Origin: Octopus sinensis
Taxonomy: Eukaryota
Direction: 5' to 3'
Assembly (NCBI RefSeq): GCF_006345805.1
Contig: NC_042998.1
Span: forward strand, 123,008,001 to 123,072,000
Length of the DNA: 64,000 nt
Shown in pieces: positions 54,074 to 64,000 of the stretch (position 1 is its first letter; the number at the start of each line of letters is the position of its first letter). The position numbers were made by a program, and so were the translations under genes. Under the pieces are notes generated by a model. The model had not been told where the DNA came from. It saw only the letters and a program-made list of their open reading frames with translations, and made no database searches.

Positions 54074-54299
54074 TGTAGGTACTATTCCATAAGCCTTTAG
54101 GTACTATCCTAGGTAAATCCAGGTATGAATAGTGTTTACACAGTATAAGTATCCAGGGAGTATCGCGACCATCAATACAAACCATCAATATGGTCGCGAT
54201 ACTCTCTGGATATTTCTACTGGGAAAACTCTAATCATACCTGGATCTACCGAGGATAGTACCTAAAGACTTATGGACTAGAATCTACAGTATTGGAAAG
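54074..54299. mobile_element. Fold-back element, ~98-bp arms, 17-nt spacer
   Basis: ...GTATCCAGGGAGTATCGCGACCAT / ATGGTCGCGATACTCTCTGGATAT...; the left arm continues at 53201-53218 beyond the hAT insertion. Confidence 0.85.
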
Positions 54300-54676
54300 T
54301 TCATCTGTGAACTTATAATTTTTATTTTATCTTCATTTCCTTATTTCTCTATTCCTTATTTCCTTAATCTATAACTTTCACATTTTCCCTATTTGTCTCC
54401 GATGACGGGATGCCCAATATTTTGAGATATCCCAGAGACACCTGCAAGGCTTAACATTTTTATTAATAATAATGTATATGTCTTGAAAGGTTTGTCATGC
54501 CTTAGCATTTGCTGGCCTCTTTAACAAATATATATCCGCTATATCGGAAATCTTAAATGGTTTCTTAACTCCCGTCTCAGTTACGAGCCTGGAGCCCTGG
54601 TAATCCGTTACAGCCCTTACACAGCACACCTATTCGCTTCGATCGCCTGTAAACTAAACCCTCATATTTTGCGTGT

Positions 54677-54765
<89 letters not shown>

Positions 54766-55317
54766 AGATAAGAGGAAAGCCACAAAGTGGTTTCCTTACA
54801 TGCTGAAATTAGACGCCAAATCGTCTAACCACGAAAAATGCATTCTCATTTAATGATGAACACGTGCAAGACATTATGAAAAGTATAAAAGGACCAGTCA
54901 ATTCCATACTTCGAAGTTTCAACATTACTAATTAAACAATTCACTCTGGATCTTCTGAATCTTCACTGGAATCCGCTGGGGACAACTAATAATAAAACTC
55001 GAATACGTACCATCTCCATGAAAAGACAAACGTACGTATACTGTGTATGTGTCCCCAGCGGATTCCACTGAAGATCCGCGTATAATTGTTTAATTATTAA
55101 TGGTGAAACTTCGAAGTACGGAAATGACCTGTCGTTTATACCATTTCATAGTGTCTTGCACGAATACATCCAATGCACCGTTAAATTCGAATGTCTTCAA
55201 CCGATTCAAATGTCTTCAACCAGCACGTCAAGCCAGAATAAATCAGCAGAGAAAAAAATTCAGCAGTGAATTACTGGACTCGAGAACTAGAATATTTAAA
55301 AATATAAGTATCAAGGG

Positions 55318-55442
55318 AACCACATGGTTCCGGGTTCAGTCCCACTGCGTGGCACCTTGGGCAAGTGTCTTCTACTATAGATTCGGGCCGACCAAAGCCT
55401 TGTGAGTGGATTTGGTAGACGGAAACTGAAAGAAGCCCGTCG

Positions 55443-55476
<34 letters not shown>

Positions 55477-55725
55477 ATATATATATATATATTATATATA
55501 TATATGTGTGTGTGTGTGCGTGTGTGTTTGTCCCCCTAGCATTGCTTGACAACCGATGCTGGTGTGTTTATGTCCCCGTCACTTAGCGGTTCGGCAAAAG
55601 AGACCGATAGGATAAGTACTGGGCTTACAAAGAATAAGTCCCGGGGTCGAGTTGCTCGACTAGAGGCGGTGCTCCAGCATGGCCGCAGTCAAATAACTGA
55701 AACAAGTAAAAGAGTAAAAGAGTAA
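55318..55725 (+). mobile_element. SINE family B
   Basis: CACATGGTTCCGGGTTCAGTCCCACTGCGTGGCACCTTGGGCAAGTG... ending in (AAAGAGT)n. Confidence 0.85.
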
Positions 55726-55822
55726 GGGTAAAAATTATTATTAAAAATAACAATTTATACCAGTGGCTAGCATGCTGGCAACTAGTATATATTGTTATTT
55801 TTAATAATAATTTTTACCCTTA
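55723..55822. repeat. 100-bp imperfect palindrome
   Basis: TAAGGGTAAAAATTATTATT...AATAATAATTTTTACCCTTA, centred on GCATGC, with 4 central mismatches. Confidence 0.85.
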
Positions 55823-55834
55823 ATACCTATATAT

Positions 55835-56165
55835 AGGCGCATTGCTCAGTGGTTAGAGCATCGAGTTTACAATCGTGAGGTTGTGAGTTTGATTCAGGGG
55901 CCGAGATGCATGTTGTGTTCTTCAACAAGACACTTTATTTTACGTTGTTCCAGTTCACTCAGACGTAGACATAATTTGCGACGTCACTGGTGCTAAGATG
56001 TATCGGCCGTTGGAGAGGAGAGGCTGGTATGCACGGGTGACTGCTGGGTTTCCATAAAAACATTCCTAGGCTGTCCGTTCGCCGGTGAGGCGACTTTCCA
56101 CCGAGACATGTACCCCGGTGGGGAATCTCTTAGGTGCACATATGGTCATTCGTGACCGACGGAGT
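55835..56165 (+). mobile_element. tRNA-derived SINE family C
   Basis: GGCGCATTGCTCAGTGGTTAGAGCA (A box) and GAGTTTGATTC (B box); central CAAGACACTTTATTT..GTT..CCAGT.CACTCAG shared with 56300-56548. Confidence 0.65.
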
Positions 56166-56170
56166 CGAGT

Positions 56171-56236
<66 letters not shown>

Positions 56237-56299
56237 TATATTCATATATAGAAGTAACATGCTTAGAAATTAAATAGTCTATATACATATAAAGGAGTA

Positions 56300-56548
56300 C
56301 TCCATCGGTTACGAGGGTACCAGTTGGTACAATCAACAGAACAGTTTGCTCGTGGCTGAGCACTCCGAAGACACGCGTACCCCTAACGTAGTTCTCAGGG
56401 AGATTCGGCGTGATACAGAGTGTGACAAGACCGGCTCTTTGAAATACAGGTACAAGTCATTTTTGCCAGCTGAGTGGACTGGAGCAACGGGAAATAAAGT
56501 GTCTTGCTCATGGACACAACGCGTCGCCGGGATTTGAACTCACGACAT
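56300..56548 (-). mobile_element. tRNA-derived SINE family D (central domain shared with C)
   Basis: Minus strand GTGAGTTCAAATCCCGG B box, TTGTGTCCATGAGCAAGACACTTTATTT. Confidence 0.65.
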
Positions 56549-56672
56549 TATATATATATATATATATATAAAGCTAATCCAAACATGAAAACACAAAGAG
56601 AAAACACAACAACGCGAGGACGTGGAACAAGTATAGTGTTATTGGACGCTCAGAAAGAAGGAAAGAAGGAGG

Positions 56673-56707
56673 GTTTAACGTTTCGAGCGGAGCGCTTCGT
56701 CAGAAAC
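56673..56707 (-). ncRNA. Minimal type I hammerhead motif
   Basis: GTTT-CTGACGA-A-GCGC(tcc)GCTC-GAAAC-GTT-AAAC; ~100 nt upstream of (TA)n. Confidence 0.65.
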
Positions 56708-57603
56708 ATAGGAAAAGGAAAGATCCAAGGAAGCAAAGACGGAGGAAAAAAATCGCCAACGATACACACGCGGTCACATTTTGAATATATATATATATAG
56801 TGAAGGCACGTGGCTTAGTGGTTATATATATATATTTCTATTTAGAAGCTTATTTACATTGTTTTTAATGACATTGTTTCATTGTTAACTTTTCTTAATT
56901 TATTATTCCTGTTGATAGCGTAGTATTCATACTTGTTTCATTCTGGGTTAAGGGTTTTGATAATATCTTTGAATTTTTATATAGTTAAATATATTGAAGG
57001 CGTAACCCTGACATATTTTGATAAAGGGAATATTACTTGAGACTTTAATTTATATAATCTTATTTGTTTATATTGCAAAGAAAATAATATAGGACTAGAA
57101 TTTATCTATACTGAATTGCTTGAAGAATTATAAAGAAGAATTATAAAGACTATAGTGGTAAATATATTGATGTCTTTGCTGTATTATATCATGGTAACTG
57201 TTTTGCTAATTTGTACCTGTTGTTTTTATCGAAATGTTTTGGTGGACAATAATAATTGGACATGTATCGAATACGTTTTAAAATGCTTTTCTTTAAATTT
57301 GTATTTCTCTTACTTTTTACTGCATTTAAAAATGATTTAGAACACTACCTGAGATTGAAAGTTCTGAACTATTTTATGAACGACAATTTCCATTAAATAT
57401 TTTATTGCACGAAGGTAAAGATTTTCGCATCCATCATTTAGTTTAACATTATTTAATAATGATATCATTTGCATTAAAATTGGGGATTCTTGCAGAATAT
57501 TAAATTTATATTAAGTAATTTCTTTAAAAATTCCTATTCATTTTGTTTGTATAAGCTGTTTTTATGTCAAAAGAAGATGTGTTTATCTTGAGATTTTGTA
57601 ATA

Positions 57604-58070
57604 TATTAGATTGAAAAGAAAATCCTGTCTCATTTTTGACACGGTCACTTTGAGAGTACGTTTTCAATACTTATGCAAAATCAAGCATTAATTTTTTTTC
57701 TTCTTTCTTTGCAGATTACGTTATATCATAGGGATTTGATTTATATGGATTTTGCCCTTTTAAAATGAGTTTAGATTAGACCCATATCTGACACTGCGTG
57801 CCGTATGTATTCAAAAGGGGATCTTCAGCAATGGAAGAAGGAGGCGGTATTGGTTTATGTATGGAAATTAAGGTTTTGTCCGGGAAAGATTTCTTTTGAA
57901 GATGCCCCTCAATCTGGATGACTAATTTTTATGAATACATTGGTTCTGAAAACTGTAGTTGAGGAAAATCCAATGCAAACTGCACGTGAATTAGCAAACA
58001 GTACAATTCAAATCACGTTTCGATCATAAAACATCTCGAACTCGGAAACGTGTCTAAAATTAGTCAGTTT
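57604..58070 (+). mobile_element. Mariner transposase relic
   Basis: FEDAPQSG*L (cf. LEDEPRSGRP) and VLKTVVEENPMQTARELA. Confidence 0.65.
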
Positions 58071-59018
58071 ACACCTCCCCTCGAGAGCATCCCAACCGAC
58101 CCAAAATCTGATTAAAAATCAAGTATAAACTAATCAATAGGAGTAACTATTCGTTATAAATTCCGAGTCTATAACAATCAATTAGCAAATGGTAATAATA
58201 ACTCCAAAGCTGAAGATCCAGAGGCATCACTTACCGAAAATGTCTCTGACACTGCCACGAAAACAATTTGACATACTTAAATCGCATTGATAGAATATTT
58301 CAGAACAATTAACTACTGCTATAAATAAAACGAAAAATCTAGAAAAAGAAATCTTACTTGGTGTAAAGCTCCGTACATGAAGAAAGTAAAATCAAAGATA
58401 TCTATGATTTTCTTCAATGTACCAAATGAAAGTTTTCCATCAAATCACAAATACCATAACACCGGTTGAATTATCATCCTTTATAACATGTAACGTAGGC
58501 GACAACATTAACTACTCCGGCATCTTTAAAATTACCAAGTACACCACATGAAATTCTAATCCCATGCAGAAGATAAATACCCTTGATTATCAATATAGTA
58601 ATAGAAAGCTAAACTTGGATAAAAATCGCACTACATAATCTATAATTGGTGACCTAATATTCTTACCCATTCAACCTTGCTACTAGTCTCAGTAGCAAGA
58701 ATAATAACAAAAGCAGCATCGAAATATTAATAAAGACACGGACATGATAGTGATAAAAAGTATAAAACAATGTGTAGAAAACAAACTGAATACCAGTGAG
58801 AAAAATAAATCTTGCTACCTCACCATCCGAAGCCCTTGATCAGCCACTCAGTGTTGTCTTGAAAGAACCTACCTTATAGATAATATAATCTCTGAATATA
58901 ATGCCATTACTCAAGCTATCAACAGATAGTTAGGGTAATGTCTATAATATTAACTTAATTACATCCGCAATGCCTCGAGCACTATCTTGGGAATGCAAGA
59001 TAACATTTCTTTTTCATT

Positions 59019-59019
<1 letters not shown>

Positions 59020-59077
<58 letters not shown>

Positions 59078-59109
59078 ATCTTTCTTTCTTTCTTTCTATC
59101 TATCTATCT

Positions 59110-59175
<66 letters not shown>

Positions 59176-59270
59176 AACCTACCTACCTACCTACCTACCT
59201 ACCTACCAACCTACCAGCCTGCCTGGCTACCTGTCTGCCTACATACATACATACATACATACATACATAG
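59020..59270. repeat. Ordered tetranucleotide series (TTTC)n-(TATC)n-(TACC)n-(TGCC)-(TACA)n
   Basis: Read directly. Confidence 0.95.
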
Positions 59271-60631
59271 TAACTATCTGTCAATGTGTGGATGTTTTTG
59301 TTCGTGTGTGTGAATGTATGCGTAAGTATACGTTTTTATTTAAAGACAATTTTATAAATGCGTTCTTGATGGAGATTCAAAGGTATTAAAAATCATTGGT
59401 AAATATTTGTAATCAGCTGGATTTGTGGTAAAGACTATCAATGGCGAGGTCTACAAATAATTACGAGCAATATTTTTAGATATACTGTGCGGGAGAGATT
59501 TAGAAAACTGAAATGAAAAGTAGTTTTTAAGAAATGCAGCTGAATCTCTCTGAGTAATTCATATATCTATAAGTTTCAAGATATTCATAACTAAGGTCCA
59601 AAAATGGTTTGATATTATTTGATGATTCATCATAGTACTGGAATGTGAAATATAGAACGAATTTCTTTCTGGTACTAAAGTATGTAGTAGATGCCTAAAT
59701 CACTTCAGTTTAACATCCTTTATTCACTTATACCCAACTTCGTCATCTTCTTTTCAAACCACCTGCACTGTAAACTCTATATATTCTTAAAGCAGTAATT
59801 AGACACATTAATACTCTAGATTCTAGTAATATACCGTGATATAGCAGCTTGTAATACATCAGTGTACAGTATTAGACAACAATGTTCGTAAATCTTACTA
59901 CAATAATGCGAATGCAGTACACCTTCCCATGATATCACGATGCCAAAGCAACTTATCATTTTCCGAACACAATTCCATAGCACCAACGTTTGATTTCAGC
60001 AAGATAATAGAACTTCAGCTTACCATTAAAACGCTCTTGCTTAACATGAAAATATTCCAATATAATGTCTGCATGTTACAGTTTGATCGATACGTTTATG
60101 CTTAAAACTTTTCATTAATCATATCATATCAAATTATCCATTATGGACATCACGAATTTTCCAGTTCTGTGCAATAAACATTCTATCTATTCATATATCT
60201 ATCTTCGAATATGCGCTATCATTCAATAGATTCAACTAATATGTTTCGATAAAAAATAAAGCTATTTTAATCAGTTATATATGCTCCTATGGAGCTGAAA
60301 AGTAAAACATATGTATCATAAATTTCATTGGAATAAAATGACCTACATTTCGAATCCTCAAAATTGCTGGAAAATATACTGGAAATATATTAAAATACTT
60401 AAGCAATTACAGTTCTATATTTAAGAGATGAGAAATTATGGACATTATTTACATTAATAACTTTTGATGGATATTTGTCAATACGAAAACTAAAAGAAGG
60501 AGCACGTATGTTAGGGCACAACAACCTCCTAAGCAGACCGAGTGCAGATATGAATAGCATATGCGAAGCAGTATTAAGGAAGGATAGGAAAATATTAGAT
60601 TTATAAGCCCTAAAATGCACTTCATAATTGC

Positions 60632-60835
60632 CCACGGCATATGGCGTAGTGGTTAAGAGCGCGGGGTACTAACCCCAAGATTCTGAGTTCGATTCCGCGC
60701 ATTGACCTGAATAATAGTAATAATAATAATGACATCGAAAAACACCTTAGGAAACACCTGATGAAGGTTGGAGGGTATATCAGTCGAAACCTTGCGTTAA
60801 CACAAATATCTGTCAAATATAAACAATGTACTTAA
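60632..60835 (+). mobile_element. Hammerhead-tailed tRNA-SINE, short copy
   Basis: TGGCGTAGTGG (60642), GAGTTCGATTCC (60685), short (AAT)n, AACAC-CTGATGA-A-GGTTG..CAGTC-GAAAC (60753-60798); ~30-nt internal deletion. Confidence 0.8.
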
Positions 60836-62202
60836 GCAAGCATTTGCTTTTAAATTGGGTATAAGTGAAAATATCTATTAGCATATTTAAACTAATCTTT
60901 GACAACAGACGAGAAAGAAACTTAATTTCGATATTTATTTGTCCCAAACGAACTATACTCCTCCACCCAAGAATTATTAACGAGACTACATATTAACAAG
61001 AGTATCATATAATAGGAAATTTAATCGTATGCATAGCTAAATCGGTATTACTCTGTGAATATATTTTCAATCACATTTAAGTAGCATCTAATATACCGCC
61101 AAATATTTTGACATTCTTACATTCATGTTTACCTTTGTTGTGGTTGGCCAAATTACTTTTTTCTCTCTTAATTGCTTTTTTCTTTTGTTTCCCCCTACCT
61201 TGTTTCCTCTCAATTTATCTCTAGTATGATAATCCACCTGGTGCTCTAAGCATAACGGTAGTCATTGCACATTTATTTGACCACAAAAGAGATACTATAA
61301 CGCAAAACATGAATGAAACAATAAATGAATTCAGAGCACTCGTCCTATAAGAAGTCCAGCTCGATTTTAGCATACCTCCTTCACACACGCGCACACACAC
61401 ACACACGCACGCACACACACACACACACACACGCACACACACACACACACACACACATACACACACATATATACATGCACACACGTGCACACACACAAAT
61501 ATATACGTGTACATTAGTCAGGATATATTCCGGATATACCAAAAACTGGTGGAAAATTGCTTTACTTAAAAAAAGAGAGATAATTTATACCTGTATAATT
61601 TATACCAAGCGGGAAATATTATGAGTCGTGTGTCTACATGATTTGTTTGGTTGTTGACGTGTAGTCCTATCTAGGAATACGTATAAGTTTCTCAATGTTG
61701 TTTTCTATTAAATTAGGATTTGTAGATCCTACAAATGGTTCCTTACTTGGAAGTCTTGAGGTGGTGTATTATACTTTATAATTCTAGTACATTCAAATAA
61801 TTATGTTAAAGTTTGTTAAATGGAAAGCTATTCTGTTACTTGTTAGTATGAAGATTGTTTTGCTAACGTAGGGGAAGGTGGGTGGGATAATGTCCTGTTT
61901 AGCCATTGGGAAAATTATACATGTTTGAAATGTCTTTCAAGATTTTATATTTGCAGCAAAAAAGACTAATTCTTATTTATGGTCTCCTATTTGGTTTTAG
62001 AGAAGATAATACGGAGGTTGACCCATACAGATTTGGCAGGATTTTATTCTCTTGGCATGTTTGTGTATGTGACAATATTTTGCAATTAAATCTAAATAGG
62101 ATATATTATAACTCTAGTGTCCTTGTATATATATATATATATAGTAAAAATATAAATATATGAAAGAATGGAGTTGAACGACGAATTAACAAAATTCCTT
62201 TA

Positions 62203-62285
62203 TTTTCGACATATGTTTCGAAGGTTGCATATTCCTAATTGCGAAGGAACAAGGAGTACATTATGCCGCTTTCTCATCAGGAAAA
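62203..62285 (-). ncRNA. Type I hammerhead ribozyme motif
   Basis: TTTTC-CTGATGA-GAAAG...CCTTC-GAAAC-ATAT-GTC-GAAAA; predicted cut after 62208. Confidence 0.75.
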
Positions 62286-62465
62286 GCAAGGAACTTATGT
62301 CAACATCAAAATGCACAAAAAACTTTTAGATGATTGCTCACACGGAGCCCATAGCAATCTATGCCCTAGGCACGTAACTTCAACCGTGTTTTTACTGATG
62401 TGAATTTGCTACCCATGTATTGGTTAATTCGAATTATCCTTAATAAGATAATTCATTCAACTACT

Positions 62466-62504
<39 letters not shown>

Positions 62505-62634
62505 TGTACATTTAAATACATAAGGGATGGCGATAAGAGGACATCTGACTCGCCAGAAAGAGTAGTTAAACCACAAACCACTAATAGTTGTAATTCTGAA
62601 AGGGAATGAAAAAGAAAAACATTTACCCTATTTT

Positions 62635-62713
62635 TTCTGGACTATGCATAGTTTCAAGCAATTTTAGTAAATAAAAAAAAATTTACAGTTGTCGATGCTC
62701 TCTTCAGCAGGAA
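62635..62713 (-). ncRNA. Type I hammerhead ribozyme, intact core, helix III can close in a monomer
   Basis: TTCCTG-CTGAAGA-GAGCA...TGCTT-GAA-ACTA(TGCA)TAGT-C-CAGAAA; GUC cut after 62640. Confidence 0.8.
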
Positions 62714-63379
62714 GCCAAGGCTAACATATTAATACGAGGCGATAAACAACATGCCAAGTGTCTATATGTTATAATTTTTCAAAATTCACCGGGCACACGC
62801 GGTTTTTTCGGCAGCAAATATAAGTGCCGATTTTCTTTCAAAACTAGCCCAAAAACCTTTTATCATTTATTAATAAATCTTAGGGTAGAAAAAAATTGAG
62901 AAAAATTCTTTGCTACCAGTGGTCTAGCGAGAAGAAAAAAATAGTCAATAGACTATCTATTATTCATATAAAAACACAGTGTACATTTAAACACATAAGA
63001 GATGGCCATAAGAGGACATCTGACTCGCTAGAACGAGTAGTTAAACTACAAACCACTAATAAATTATATAATATATATAATTTAATATAGTAGAAATATA
63101 TTACGAAAAGAAAATATAAAATACACGTGGAAATGTAATGGTAAAATATGAAAAATCAACGAAAATGCATATTGCAAATAGAAAATGGCTATTTATGACA
63201 GGTAACGACAAATATATACATTTAGATTGACTGAGGTAGTCATAAAAGGCGTTATTATGAGATGATTATAAGATGATAATAAAGTAAGAGAACAAAACGA
63301 ACCAATGGTTTACGCAAAACTATTCATCGTTTGAACAACACCGGTTAATTTAATATATATATACATATATATATGTACA

Positions 63380-63458
<79 letters not shown>

Positions 63459-63701
63459 AACATAAATAATATTAGGGTAATAAGAATTGTAGAAATTAAT
63501 ATTACCAGTGGCCTAGCACAAAAAATAGTCAATAGACTATATATTATTCACATAAAAATATAGTGTACTTTAAAATACATTAAGAGGCTTCCAAATAGGA
63601 AAGCCTTGTGCTAGAAAGAGCAGTAGAAATCTCAAATCACTAATTAGGGATAAATTTTCGAAAGGAATGAAAATTAAAAACATTTACCATCTAATTTAGT
63701 T

Positions 63702-63768
63702 CCTAGACCATGGTTTCTGACTAATTTCAGTAAAAAAATATTAACTGAGGCCAGTCTTCATCAGTAGG
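63702..63768 (-). ncRNA. Type I hammerhead ribozyme motif
   Basis: CCTA-CTGATGA-A-GACT...AGTC-A-GAAAC-CATG-GTC-TAGG; predicted cut after 63706; A/A at the base of helix II. Confidence 0.7.
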
Positions 63769-64000
63769 TAGCCTTTAGATTTTAAATATACACACAACGA
63801 GATCTGCATGTAAACTAGCTGCTTGTATATTCTAACTTTTCAAATCCACTGCGCAGATGCAGTTTATTTCCGGCGACAGAAAGGATGCCAGTAAAACTTC
63901 GAACACATTTATCAAAACATATTTAAACATAATAAATAATATTAGGTTAATAAGAATTATAGAAATTATTATTACCAGTGGCCTAGCACAAAAATAGTCA

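Larger units (their letters stand above)
62490..64000 (-). repeat. Diverged ~470-bp repeat array interrupted by (TA)n, with hammerheads in the units
   Basis: ACCAGTGG..TAGC..AAAATAGTCA recurs near 62914, 63504 and 63975; AGTGTAC.TT.AAA.ACAT near 62502, 62978 and 63562. Confidence 0.8.

Noticed and set aside
54398-54445. CCGATGA-C-GGGAT..ATCCC-A-GAGAC hammerhead-like motif
   Set aside because: Both core strands are mutated and there is no helix I/III; at best a dead relic.
63295-63340. Minus-strand CGATGA..TAAAC-CATTG-GTT motif
   Set aside because: Too degenerate to call a hammerhead.

Overview
AT-rich eukaryotic DNA dense in microsatellites and transposon debris. The SINE, Penelope and R4/Dong content resembles an octopus (cephalopod) genome; this is an inference from repeat style, not a database match. 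No host protein-coding gene, rRNA, true tRNA or CRISPR array can be supported, and most short ORFs in the track are microsatellite read-throughs. The one intact long ORF (34410-38180, minus) is an R4/Dong-clade non-LTR retrotransposon protein (RT, CCHC knuckle, restriction-like endonuclease). The most interesting signal is a set of microsatellite-associated retroelements. (1) There are six R4/Dong-like insertions: four sit in (TAA)n, one in (CATA)n and one follows (ACT)n, and the five with a 3' end share a covarying 3'UTR stem-loop. (2) Penelope-like elements and their tails carry minimal type I hammerhead ribozyme motifs and end in (TA)n; one has a 1.1-kb inverted terminal duplication. (3) A tRNA-headed SINE carries an internal (AAT)n and a hammerhead in its tail, and one copy appears split by three stacked Dong insertions. 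(4) A retrozyme-like array of hammerhead modules lies at 62-64 kb, one with a fully intact core. About 13 hammerhead-like motifs were read by eye. Tc1/mariner, hAT and Chapaev-like relics, MITEs and several fold-back palindromes are also present. All alignments and folds were done by eye, so edges are approximate unless stated.
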